A program made the position numbers and the translations under genes. Positions 52,216-64,000 of a DNA stretch of 64,000 nucleotides are shown here, piece by piece. This DNA comes from Octopus bimaculoides. Its lineage: Eukaryota. Position 1 is the stretch's first letter. Each line of letters begins with the position of its first letter. The stretch covers positions 147,463,671 through 147,527,670 of the forward strand of contig NC_068983.1 of NCBI RefSeq assembly GCF_001194135.2, in the 5' to 3' direction. The notes below the pieces were generated by a model. The model made no database searches. It was given only the letters and a program-made list of their open reading frames with translations, and was not told the origin of the DNA.

Positions 52216-52709
52216 AGGACTGTGGTGTTAAAGTGTCATTACCACTACTGCTTTTATCAAAATAGCATCTGCAGTGGGGCTATCAACCACCGCTTCAAAG
52301 ACCCTCTACTTTATTGGGGATAGAACTGCCTCTGATAGAGCGATCTTATTTTCTTCACGAGAGACTCATGATCCTTATTATTACTATCATTGACAGGTTC
52401 GGGGCAAAAAATAAAAAAACAGAAGGTTGGTTGGACAAGATAGGTGTTTACATTAATTATAAATATAATGCTGTGAGGGGTAAGACTAAATATGATAGTA
52501 TAGTGACTATTCTGGGTAGGTTGTAGGCGTAATGCAAAGGTAACTGGCAGATTTTAGATGCTTAGTGAAGTATATGTAAAATTTCAGTGAGTGGCGAGAT
52601 AAATTTAAAAAGAAAATGACCGGATAAGGATACCTATGAATCTTTGCTGTATGAAAGCATAACAAATTGGACATTTTATTACTTTGTACAGTAAGACAGG
52701 AAATATAAA

Positions 52710-52778
<69 letters not shown>

Positions 52779-53260
52779 TTATATATATATTGCACAAAGC
52801 GATCACATGTCCAATTTGATATGCTTTCATACAGCAAAGATTCATAGGTATCTTTATCCGGTCATTTTCTTTTTAAATTTATCTCGTCACTCACTGAAAT
52901 TTTACATGTACTTCACAAAGCATCTAAAATCTGACAGTTACCTTTACATTACGCCTCCAACCTACCCAGAATAGTTACTATACTATCATACCTAGTCTTA
53001 CCCCTCACAGCATTATATTTATAATTAACGTAAACACCTAGTTTGTCCAACCAACCTTCTTTCTCCTTTTTGGCCTGAACCTGTCACTGATAGTAGTAAT
53101 AAGGATTATGAGTCTCTCGTGAAGAAAAAGAGATTGCTCTATCGGAGGCAGTTGTACCCCAATAAAGTAGAGGGTCTTAGAAGCGGTGGTTGACAGCCCC
53201 ACTGGAGATGCTATTTTGATAAAAGCAGTAGTGGTAATGACACTTTAACACCACAGTCCT
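52216..53260. repeat. Long inverted repeat, arms of about 470 bp, with a (CT)n spacer
   Basis: 52216-52690 is the reverse complement of 52791-53260 with scattered mismatches, for example AGGACTGTGGTGTTAAAGTGTCATTACCACTACTG / CAGTAGTGGTAATGACACTTTAACACCACAGTCCT. Confidence 0.95.
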
Positions 53261-54105
53261 CTTTATAAATGAAATACTAAGCAAAAATATAATCACGACT
53301 ATATTTATGAGACCGGAACCTCGAGTAAATGTCTGTTACACGGCAAGTGTTTTACTTTGCAATTGGATAAGCATAGTCGTTCTACAAACATTGCTAATTA
53401 AGATAATATGGTTTCAAAACGAAAATAGAACTGTGCTGGAATACTATTTTAAAAACAGGCCTACGAATAAATGATACTGGAAAAGGGTGTGTGAAATATG
53501 GATAAAGAAGGGTCATGCTACCTGTCACAGAACAAAATCTTTTGCACCCACAAAAGTTAATCCTGAAGACAGTGGTTATTTTAGTTGGAATTAGAAGAGA
53601 TCTCCGCAATAGTGAAAGATGAAAAACAAGATTACGTAGAAAGAGATGAAGAACTCGAACAAGAAATAGCAAAGGAAGTAATAAATTCTCAGGAGAGAAT
53701 TAACAGCCCAGAGATATAGAAATTTTGCTTCTTGGGAAAAAGTGTTAAAGAGGAGGAAAGAATCTTACTGCAGCGGCTAAATTAGACACAAACTAGTGAA
53801 AAAAAGTAACTACCAGCTTTGAGAGGAATCGAAAGGGTGAAAGGCAAGGGTCGCTCTATCGGGGGCAGTTCTACCTCAAAGAGTAGAGGGCCTTTGAAGC
53901 AGTGGCTGACAGCTCCCTGGAGGGGGTATCTTGATAATAGCAGTAGTGGTTGTGACACTTAAACGCACAGACCTTTTTATAAATGAAATACTAAGCAAAA
54001 AATATAATCATAATTGTACTAGGAACCTCGAGTAAATGTCTGTCGCACGGTAAGTGTTTTACTTTGTAATCAGGTAAACATAGTCGTTGTCCAAACACTA
54101 GGAAG
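53133..54105. repeat. Direct repeat pair of about 250 bp (53133-53392 and 53850-54105)
   Basis: Shared GCTCTATCGG.GGCAGTT...GCAGTAGTGGT..TGACACTT...TTTATAAATGAAATACTAAGCAAAAA...GGAACCTCGAGTAAATGTCTGT. It overlaps the right arm of the inverted repeat. Confidence 0.88.
53408..53842 (+). mobile_element. R4/Dong-type ORF N-terminal fragment
   Basis: WFQNENRTVLEYYFKNRPTNK*YWKRVCEIW...TEQNL...QWLF*LELEEI...LPALRG resembles the N-terminal W..EN..V..CY...P...GY.KRM..IW...EQ.L...W....ELEEI pattern of these elements. Confidence 0.6.
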
Positions 54106-54107
54106 GG

Positions 54108-54220
54108 TGAAAGGCAAAGTCAATTCTGTTGACATTTGAACCCAAAACGTGAAGACGGACGAAATGCTGTTAAGCACTTTGTCCAGCATGCTGATAATTC
54201 CGCCAGTGCGTCGCCTTAAC
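54108..54220 (-). mobile_element. Meta-like SINE 5' part
   Basis: Reverse complement reads AAGGCGACGCACTGGCGGAATT...GGGTTCAAATG...GACTTTGCCTTTCACCCTT. Confidence 0.65.
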
Positions 54221-54289
54221 AAGAAGAAGAAGAAGAACAATAACAATAATAATAATCAAAAGAACCTAAGAAACAATAATGATAATAAT

Positions 54290-55040
54290 GAAAGGAACTC
54301 TTAAAAAGAGACCGACAGCACGATACTGTCAGCGCAAGACCAAGCTTTGGCCACTAACTGGAGAGTCAACCTTTGGAATGATCACGTGTCTCCGCTGTGC
54401 TGCATCTGTAAAAGAGTGGATGAAACCATTGCTCATATCACGAACGAATGCCCTAGACTTACCCAAAACTGCTACAAGTTGTGGTGACACGATTAGATAG
54501 CGAAAGTGCTACATTGGAAATTGTGCAAAAAGTGGGGGCTAGAGAGAGGCAAGACGTATTATGAGCAGAAACCATAGAGGGTGGCGGAGTCAGACACCAG
54601 CAAAATCCTCTGGGACTTCCCAATCCAAACAGATCAGGTGCTAGAGCATAACAGACCGGATCTAGTGATGGTGAACAAGGTGCACCACATATGCTATATA
54701 GTTGATACTGCATGCCCCTTTGACTCACAAATAGTCAAGAAGCAAGGCGAAAAGAGAGATAGATACAACCCTCTTAAGTACGAAATAGCCCGGCTATGGA
54801 AAATGAAGATGGTGAAGATAGTGCCAATCATTGTTGGGTCCTTGGGAACAGTATCAGAAGGCATCAAGAGGAATATAAAGGAAACTAGAATAGAATGCAC
54901 AGTAGAACTGTTACAAAAGGTTTGCCTCCTTGGACGGCCAGAATAACCAGGAATGTATTAGATAGCTGAAAAGAAAGAATAGCATGGTACCGTAGGTTGC
55001 AGGTAGTAAACCCGCAACGCATGCAAGACTCCAGGAGCTC
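54290..55040 (+). mobile_element. R4/Dong-type retrotransposon 3' end (CCHC knuckle, RLE, 3' UTR)
   Basis: TILSAQDQALATN...CCICKRVDETIAHITNEC...HD*IAKVLHWKLCKKW...KILWDFPIQTDQVLEHNRPDLV...IVDTACPFD...KYEIARLWKMKMVKIVPIIVGSLG, ending in a (GAT)n tract. Confidence 0.93.
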
Positions 55041-55041
55041 C

Positions 55042-55069
<28 letters not shown>

Positions 55070-55074
<5 letters not shown>

Positions 55075-55570
55075 CAAAGGCATTAAGGCATGGGCTGTAC
55101 ATGTGATATGTTACTGCTCAGGAGTTGTGGAATAGACAAAAGAAGAACTGATCAACATAGACAGAAAAAATTCGGAAGGTCAATGTTATGCATGTGTGCC
55201 TTCGTACTTGAAGTAACGTAGGAAAGAAAGGTGGATGGGGATGGATGGAGTAGAGGATGGTATTGCGAAGGAGATCAAGTCCTTGCATGGCTGTCTGAGG
55301 AAAACTGATAAAAGAATGTTGCATGTTACACTGAGTGAGAAGCTGATCGGTGAGATCCTTCAGGAGTACAATATGAGGAATAGTAGAGCAAAGATAATCA
55401 TCTGGAAAGTTCTACACGGAAAGTTTTTTCCAATAAACATCGGATGAAGCCGAGGAAGCCTCCTAGAAATGGTTAAGAGATGGCTTTTTTGAAAAAAAAA
55501 ATCGGAAGGACTGATTGTTGCTGCTCAAAGGCAAGCTTTACGAACCAACTCAATCAAAGGCTGCAAATAA
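55070..55570 (+). mobile_element. R4/Dong-type internal fragment (post-RT region)
   Basis: IKGIKAWAVHVICYCSGVVE*TKEELINIDRK...VEDGIAKEIKSL...LHGKFF...SEGLIVAAQRQALRTNSIK. Confidence 0.8.
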
Positions 55571-55718
55571 AATACTATTAGGAAGTATTCAGTTAGCAGC
55601 AATACTTTAAAGATCTCGTGTTGGGAAAAGTGTTGGGACTCTAACCTGCGGGATAGAGCTGAGATGTGACAGAGATAAATCAGAAGTTAAGTGAATGATG
55701 ATGACAATGATGATAATG

Positions 55719-55752
<34 letters not shown>

Positions 55753-55766
55753 TAATAATAACAATG

Positions 55767-55824
<58 letters not shown>

Positions 55825-55829
55825 TAATA

Positions 55830-56168
55830 GCAGGATCAAAGAGAAAGAAGAAGAAAAATTGAACTATTATGACGATTTGAAATGGGAAATACGAATGTTG
55901 TGGTCAATGAGGAGAGTAGACGTGGTACCAATAGTAATTGGCGCACTTGGAAATATCAGCACTCACCTACCAATATGGCTCAAAAAGACTGGTACAAGTA
56001 TAAAAGTAGAACATCTACAAAAATCAGCATTGCTTGGAGCTGCAACAGTTCTTCACAGGGTTCTTAAGGCATGACCAGTTAACAAGTGTTACCTTAGTCT
56101 GCTGGCTGTCGACAGCTGACACCTACCATCAGACCCAGCAGAATAAGCTGTGAGCTTTCATCACATCA
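55830..56168 (+). mobile_element. Short 5'-truncated R4/Dong-type 3' end between two (TAA)n tracts
   Basis: IKEKEEEKLNYYDDLKWEIRMLWSMRRVDVVPIVIGALG...LQKSALLGAATVLHRVL*, then a 3' UTR. (TAA)n lies at about 55705-55828 and 56169-56285. Confidence 0.9.
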
Positions 56169-56287
<119 letters not shown>

Positions 56288-56289
56288 TG

Positions 56290-57729
56290 TAATGGAAATC
56301 GGGATCTGAAAGTGTGCGGTGCTCACTTTGAAACGGAGGTAAAAGAGCAGATTGTAGGGGCATAGTACTGTCAAACGGAGAGCGAATGGGAAATCCGGAT
56401 GATGATGGGTATAAGTAGCATTGAATTCTGGAGTTGTATAATGTCTTACACAGAGAATTGAAAGACAAGATCAAATGCCTCAAACTTCTCTTGAAGGAAA
56501 AACTCAACGCAAGGAACCTTGTGACTGCCATCAACATATAGGCTGTTGCTGTAGTCCGCTATAGTGAAATGGAGACGAGCAGAGGTTGCTCAACTCGATC
56601 GCACTACCCGAAATATGATGACAATGCATGGTAACCTCCACCATAAAGCAAACGTACGCAGTCTCTACATGAAGAAGAGTAAAAGTGGACGAGGCCTGAT
56701 TAGAGTTCGTGAGTGCGCCAACAGTGAAGAAAGAAACATGGCAGAGTATTTGGTAAACAGCAAACAAGACCTGCTACAGTATGCTGCTAGTGCAGAAGGA
56801 TTTACCAAAAATGGACTTGAGAGTGCTAATGAATCCGATCGTGCATAGCTAACGAGAGAGAAGAAACTCTACTCCGCGTAGTATTACATAGTAAGTTCTA
56901 CCGTGAAACTAACAAATTACAAGACCAGGAAGTATCATGAAGGTGGCTCAGCAAGGGTGATCTAAAAAGAAGACTAAAAGCCGAATCATTACTGCTCATG
57001 ACCAGGCATTGAATACCTACTCAGTGAAAAGGGATATATACCACACAAGTGCAACGAACCGCTGCAGAATGTGTGGGAAGAAGGTTGAAAGCATGGCTCA
57101 CATTGTAATTGCTTGTGAAAGCTTTGCGCAGAAAGAGTATAAGCGCAGACACGACAAGGTAACCCTAGACCTTCACTGGCTACTATGCCGGAAGTATGGA
57201 TATGAGATAGCGGGTGCTTGGCACCAGCATATACAGGAAAAAGTGATGGACGAAAAGAGGAAGGCAAAATCCTCTGGGACTTTGACTTCCAGACAGTCAA
57301 GGTGTTAGAGCACCGAAGGCCGGATATAGTAACCTTTAGGATGGACATACAAGAGTGCCTAATGATCGCTGTGGCAGTGCGAGATCAACATACCATGAAA
57401 GAAAGGGAAAAAGGTTGATAAATATGGAGATCTGAAAATTGAGATCGCTAAGATGTGGCAGCTACGACACAAAAACTTAAAGGTTATCCCTATTGTCATC
57501 GGAGCATTGGGTTCAATACAATCCAACCTGAAGAAACATCTGGAAACAAGAAATATCCTATAATCTTGGTGTATTCCAAAGATCGGTTTTACTTGGAACT
57601 GTACGCATATTGCATAAAGTACTGTCTTTCTGAGGTCCTTGTTGTCACTTGATAGACAGTACAAACCCCCGGTAGACACAATATCTTCAGTCAACAATAT
57701 CACGATATTGGATACTGTGCAACGTCTTC

Positions 57730-57730
<1 letters not shown>
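56290..57730 (+). mobile_element. 1.4-kb 5'-truncated R4/Dong-type retrotransposon in (TAA)n
   Basis: LNARNLVTAINI*AVAVVRYS...LYMKKSKSGRGLIRV...LHSKFY...CRMCGKKVESMAHIVIAC...EYKRRHDKV...KILWDFDFQT...RPDIV...VIPIVIGALG, with frameshifts. It is flanked by (TAA)n at 56169-56285 and 57730-57786. Confidence 0.93.
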
Positions 57731-57787
<57 letters not shown>

Positions 57788-60499
57788 CTGTCAGATGAAG
57801 GAGGAATTATGAACAAATTACAAAAAAAAAAAAAAAAAAAAAAAACAGCGTGACTTTACATAGATTCGATCATGAAAATGACAAATAAAAAAAAGCAAAG
57901 ATACCAAAAAATAAGTGTCTTTTTCTCTTTCATTAATAATATTTCTACCTGAAAGATTTTTTCTTTTATTTTGATGCCCATTAACATGTAATCTTTCACG
58001 AAGGATGAACTTAAAGAAGAACGCATAGCCAAACAAAATGCTGCACTTGTTTTATAATAGAATATGAGATTCAGATCCCCGTATCAAATTCTTCGCTAAC
58101 TCTGTTTACTATAGTATAAAATATTCACAAAACCACGCATCTATTAAAGATGCTTTTTTTTTCTTTCCTAGGTGAAGTAAATACTCTACATAGAATTTAA
58201 CAATGGATAAAGTCAATTATGCGGACGCAAAGAAACCGTCGCTTAAGTGCGATTCAACGGGAAGAGTCAATGTGAAATAGACCTCTATGGTTTTTTAATA
58301 AAAATAAAAAAAAGAAAAAGACTAATGTTTTGAGATGACTAATGTTTATAACGTTTGAAAGTATTGTCTATTGTTAGCTTGACGTTTTAATAACAGTTTA
58401 CTTCCTATCCTGTTTTCTTTTAATAGCTTAAACTCCACGTTTATCGGAGCCAGTCTTGCAGCAAGCTATTAAATATACAAATAAGTACCAGCTGTATTTC
58501 ATGAGGCAAGCTGCGAAGTTAGCTTTGCGCTCGTTATGAGCAAATCCTCTCTTGTCATTCGAAAATGATAAAGTGAAAAGAAAAATATATAATATGTGAA
58601 ATATATGACTGACCACCGGGCTAATAAATTGTTTATGCCACACACTTACTAGTTTTGAGGGTGGATAGTTAGGATTACCTGAATAGCTAATTGAGGTTTA
58701 TGAGAACTAGTTGTCCTCTGTTCCACCCCCACAAAAGCCAATAAAGACATGTAGCATTGCAAAGTACTTGGCAATTTGTTTTCATAATGGCTACTCGTGA
58801 AACTGAATGGATTGTATTGGACACCATACTCTATGTTATAAATCCGAAGCAGCCTCTAGAGAATCGAAATTTTCCCACAAAAATAAGGCCTTCTAACACC
58901 GTTTTATTGTCGCTTTAAACAAGAGAATCTGAAGCTATTATATATCAAACAGTTTCGACTGAAACGTTTGCTATTGCTATGCTGGTATAACTTCACTATA
59001 ACAATAGAATTATGAACTTGAGTGTTTAAGAGCATTGGCAGCCCAATGTAATCCATACTACATTTATATCAATGTTGAAAATGTATATAGAAGCTCTCAA
59101 TGTAATCCAATGAGAAAGAAGGAAAAAAAATCAAATGAATAGGTTTCCGTTTAGAGAAAAATATATAGTCTAACATGTGTAATAGGGATTAAGTTATCAA
59201 GCTTTATTTACACACATGTGAGAAAGAATACTTTTAAAGTAATCATATGATTGGAAATAGCCGAATTTTGTGTTAACTTGTAGTTTACATTTAAACGGGA
59301 AGTCATTTATATGATGTAAGATATGCTCATAATGGAGTAGGGAACCGACACTTACACCAACACAACGATCATGTAATTTGTATACCGCTTTTATGAGGTA
59401 TATGTTTTAGCAGAACATGTGAGAAAGAGACTATGTAGAAGTGCCTTATGTAGTTCATTGAAGATATGTCAGTGTGTGTAAACCAGATATGTGTGCGTGT
59501 ATGCGTCAATACACTGGTACACGCACACAAAAAACATACATGTATATATATATGTGTGTGTGTTTGTGTGTGTACACTCCTCATACATACATACATGCAT
59601 ACATACATACATACATGCATGCATGCATACATACATACAAACATACATACATACATAATCTTGTGCATACTTTGTGTTGAACACTTAATTCTACATGGAA
59701 TTGTATGGGCGCCTTTGTGATACATATGTGTTGGGTAATTTTGAGGTCATATTTTTCCAGGCCTGACCACAGCGGAATTTTCCAGAAAGAGAAGTGCAGA
59801 TAGAGATAAAGAGAGGGTAAGGAAAAAAAGTCGAAAGATCTCATTACTACACATGATTTAGGAAAAACTACTTCATGTTCCTTGAAAAACTGGTGGTAGG
59901 TGTGCTGGGAAAGAAAACGAGGAAAGTCAGTAATGGAGACGAGCGGAGACTGTAACAAGAAGAGCATCGGTAGAGGAGATCACCTCATACCAAGTCGTGG
60001 AAAGAAGTAGACACTCTATCTTCTAACAGAAATAAGCAGTAGCACCACACTATTGTCTGGTGATGAGAGTGATAACAACTGCAGACGAAATATCCAAACT
60101 ACCAAGGAAACACGCAGAAAACAAGGTTTCTTACCTCCTCCTAAAACAACTTGAATGCTAACAGGCACGCTCATGTCGACAAGAAGACAAAACGTTTTTC
60201 CTGTGTTAAGTACTTCTTGGTTTATTCGTGTGCTTTACAACACTTTTCCTTTATTTCTCTGTGATTGTTAATTTTATACATTTATAATTTGCTCTTATTT
60301 TAATTGTATAATGTCTTTCATGTCAATGTAAGAAATTCTTAGTATTGCTTCAAATCTTTACGTAACTTATTTTTGTCATACTTTATACACTTCTTAGTAA
60401 AAACCTTGTTTAACGTTAATCATATTTGGTCTCTCTTCGAGATTGATTAAAAAGGAACAAAAGTATCTCATATCCAGCTCGCTGCCATTTTTAATGAAA

Positions 60500-60722
60500 A
60501 AGGCAGTGAGCTGGAGAAATCGGTTATGTGCTGAACAGAATCTTAGTAGCATTTCTTTCGGCCTTTCAGTTCTGAGTTCAAATTCCGCAGAGGTTGATAT
60601 TTGCCTTTCATCCTTTCAGGGTTGATAAAATAAGCACCAGTTGAACACAGAGGTCGATGTAATCAACTAACATCAACTCCTTAGAATTTCTGACCTTCTG
60701 CCAAGATTATAAAGAATTAATA
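60500..60722 (+). mobile_element. Near full-length Meta-like tRNA SINE
   Basis: AAGGCAGTGAGCTGGAGAAAT head; GTTCTGAGTTCAAATTCC; TTGCCTTTCATCCTTTCAGGGTTGATAAAATAAGCACCAG; ATT-rich tail. Confidence 0.85.
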
Positions 60723-61325
60723 TTATTTAGTAACCCCACCTCATTTACCCCCACCCCAAAAGGGGACAGTACTCATGGTATTGAAGGCCATCCTTAAACA
60801 GTGACTTTAATGGAATCTCGGTTCAATTCGGATGATATAAGTAGGAAATCAGGTTTAAATTTCCAGAAAATTGTAATTCTAAAGTAAAATGTAAGGAGGA
60901 AGTGTTTATATCAGGATTTTTCAGGAATTGGTTCAAATGATAATAAACTATAACACGTGTGTAAGTATATATATAAATATGTGTGTGTACGTGTGTGTGC
61001 GTGCGTTCCCTTACCCATCTCCCTTCATCGTCGCCCCTCCCTCGTAACCCCACCCCTACACAATCTAACCCCACCTTCCCTATCCATCCGATCCTACCCC
61101 ACACCACCCCTTGCATCTACTCCCACATACCCTACCTCTACCTCCACCCTCCGCCTAACCCACACCCCACACAACCATACCACACAACACCACATCACAT
61201 CGCACCACCACGCACACACTAGCACTGACCACTTCTCAGCACATATACATACATATGTATATACACATGTGTATATATATATATGTATATATATATATAC
61301 ACACATACACACATATACACATACA

Positions 61326-61392
<67 letters not shown>

Positions 61393-61479
61393 GTGTGTTC
61401 ACACGCGCGTATGTGTATGAGTGTATGTTCATCTCCACGTCACTGTAACGGTGCAGCAACGCAGTAAAAAGACTGAAAA

Positions 61480-61562
61480 AGTACCAGGCTAAACTCTTCA
61501 ATGTAGTCCCCCCCTCTCCAGTATGGCCGCAGTCCAGTGACTGAAACAAGTAAAAGAATAAA
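61480..61562 (+). mobile_element. SINE 3' end
   Basis: CTCCAGTATGGCCGCAGTCCAGTGACTGAAACAAGTAAAAGAATA matches the terminus of the 50395 family. Confidence 0.65.
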
Positions 61563-61671
61563 TCAAAGAATTAATAATCCACAATAAGAACAATAGTATT
61601 TTCTTATATTAACACAAGGTGATGCATTTGGAGGAAATGTAATAATCGATTAGGGTTGAATCTCAACTTAT

Positions 61672-62052
61672 CTGGTTGTTGTTGGCACTCCGTCGCTTAC
61701 GATGTCAAGGGTTCCAGTTGATCCGATCAACGGAACAGCCTGCTCATGAAATTAACGTGCAAGTGACTGAGCACTCCACAGACACGTGTATCCTTAACGT
61801 AGTTCTCGGTGATATTCAGCGTGACACAGTGTGACAAGGCTGACCCTTCGAATTACAGGCACAACAGAAACAGGAAGAAAAAGTGAGAGAAAGTTGTGGT
61901 GAAAGAGTACAGCAGGGTTCGCCACCATCCCCTGCCGGAGCCTCAGGTGTTTTCGCTCAATAAACACTCACAACGCCTGGTCTGGGAATCGAAACCGTGA
62001 TCCTACGACCGCGAGTCCGCTGCCCTAACCGCTGGGCCATTGCGCCTCCACA
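61672..62052 (-). mobile_element. Full-length tRNA-derived SINE with AAC-rich tail
   Basis: Reverse complement begins TGGAGGCGCAATGGCCCAGCGGTTAGGGCAGCGGACTCGCGGTCGTAGGATCACGGTTTCGATTCCCAG (A and B boxes) and ends GACGGAGTGCCAACAACAACC. Same family as 151-364. Confidence 0.92.
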
Positions 62053-63369
62053 CTCATCTCGTATTTCATTTATTAACTCTTGGAAGACGAAAACAAAAGA
62101 TGATCTTGGCGGGATTTGAACTCAGGCATTGAAAAACATTTTGTTCCACGTTCAAACAATTCAGCCACTACATTAAAATTCGCTACTCATGAACCAAAGA
62201 GAGCCCATACATTGCCTCTCAAACAGTTAGACATGGTAGTCAACTTCCCTTAACCATAACCTATTGTCGTCAGAAAAGAAAAAGGACACGTTGAACAATG
62301 TAGTCTCTGATATACAAAAGAAAGAGATAGTAACGGCTTAAGAGCGTTTGATCATATGTCTGGAGTTTGAACAATATCAACAATTTACTACTCTTTTATC
62401 TGTTATTTCTTTTACGTCAGCTCATTTCTTTCAAGCATATTTTTACCACATCTAAGAGACCATCAGATTTTATGCAATTTATTAGTTGAAAATTCTTTGT
62501 TGTTAGTTTTGAAAAATGTTGCAGTAGTTGTTGGTTGGGGTGATATCACTACTTTTATTGCTGCTGCTACTACTGCTGCTGCTGCTGCTCATAATACTGG
62601 TGCTAGATACTGATGGTTGTAAAGATAAGTGGAAAGATCGTGTTTATTGATCTCCACTTTAAAGTACTGTTGTTGTTGTTGTTATTGCTGCCGACGGCAC
62701 TCATAAAATCCTGTGTGCTTTCATACATATAGGTGTATGAATGAATATAGTAGTAACTTCTACCAGGTGGCAGCCGTGTGAACGGGAGAATGTTTTATGG
62801 AGAAGCAGCTATTAGGCATGATAGGATATAGTATCCTACGGTGTATCGTTAGGAACATCAAAATAAATGAGTATAACAGTTAATTTGTGACGTGTAGCAT
62901 GGAGTAGGGGTTAAGTTCTCGGTGTATTAAAGCTGCAACCAAATTTCAATTTCCCAACCTACATACTACATTCCGCATTCTTTTTCACATCACGTACAAT
63001 TCTAACTTTGAGATATTTTATATCGACACTGTCCGAGTGTGTCTGAAGCAAGTAAGCAGGGCACATCGTCGAAAAATATGTTGTTAATACTATATAAATG
63101 TTTTCTTTGCATTGATGTTTGTGTATGATTTCGTGGCGGCGTTAACCAGATGAAATACAAATATACTCCGGGAAAAGAAATCAGTATAATTCGGATGTCA
63201 TTTCACGGTGTTAATAACTATTGCAGAGGGTTATTTGGAATGAAATATTTATATTCAAATGTGCTCACTAAATGCACATCAAAACATCTCTCTCATGTAT
63301 TTTAATGAAAGACGCGTCAATCCAACCATTTTGCTTCAAGCACCTACTGAATATGGTGCTAACCTAGCT

Positions 63370-63420
63370 CAGGTGACCTTCTCAGGTGCATTTGCATGGC
63401 AGGTGGATGAACTGAAGTGT
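63370..63420. promoter_or_regulatory. Candidate enhancer motif cluster
   Basis: CAGGTG at 63370, 63383 and 63400, and octamer ATTTGCAT at 63390-63397, in non-repetitive sequence. Motif evidence only. Confidence 0.3.
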
Positions 63421-63517
63421 CGAGGAATTATAAGCATTGCTGACATGCGCAGATCTGAACGGCCATTTTGCAATCAGTGAGGTTAAAATAGTCTGCCTCA
63501 TTTTATATACTTACATG

Positions 63518-63597
<80 letters not shown>

Positions 63598-63754
63598 CAC
63601 ACAAACACACACACACACACACACATACACACACATATATATATATATGAAATACCTAGGGCCCTACAACCGCGGGCTTTGTGCATTATCAGCTTGGTAG
63701 AGCACATCGGTTGTCAGCTCAGAAGAAATCGGGGAATCCATTAGACATACTTAT

Positions 63755-63850
<96 letters not shown>

Positions 63851-64000
63851 CGTGTGTGTACATATGTACATATGTATGTATATGTGTATGTACATACAAT
63901 GACATAGTAATTCGTTTCTTTAATATTCCGATAAATTCGAACATGAATTTGCTATTCGCTAGAGTATTTTATCTTTGTTGAATGGCTTCTTTTTTCAGAC

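Noticed and set aside
59750-60200. Possible L2-like LINE tail on the minus strand
   Set aside because: Composition is suggestive but I could not recover a convincing peptide motif.
61000-61200. G-quadruplex-forming tract on the minus strand
   Set aside because: Irregular low-complexity C/A-rich sequence with no supporting context.
61985-62052. tRNA gene
   Set aside because: The A and B boxes run straight into a SINE body repeated elsewhere in the window. It is a SINE head, like those at 151, 34104 and 42122.

Overview
Repeat-rich, AT-rich animal genomic DNA with many N gaps, most flanked by (TA)n. The microsatellite load and SINE families suggest an octopus; this is inference. Only one host gene is visible: the homeobox-containing last exon of an Nkx2.2/vnd-type gene on the minus strand (19509-20184). 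Its 5' end runs into a gap and no first exon is recognisable. The rest is mobile DNA. There are about ten remnants of R4/Dong-type (RLE) non-LTR retrotransposons, mostly joined to (TAA)n tracts; many tRNA-derived SINEs of modular structure; a mariner derivative built from two left ends; two foldback MITE-like elements; CR1/L2-like and APE-type LINE relics; and Penelope-like termini carrying minimal hammerhead-ribozyme motifs, one with an intact core inside a near-perfect hairpin. Other notable items are a 28S rRNA-like fragment inside a SINE, an 11-bp minisatellite born inside a decayed RT gene near the Nkx2.2 exon, and several long inverted repeats. Almost all other ORFs in the track are microsatellite or N-run artefacts. 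Family names rest on motif recognition by eye, not on database searches, and element boundaries are approximate.
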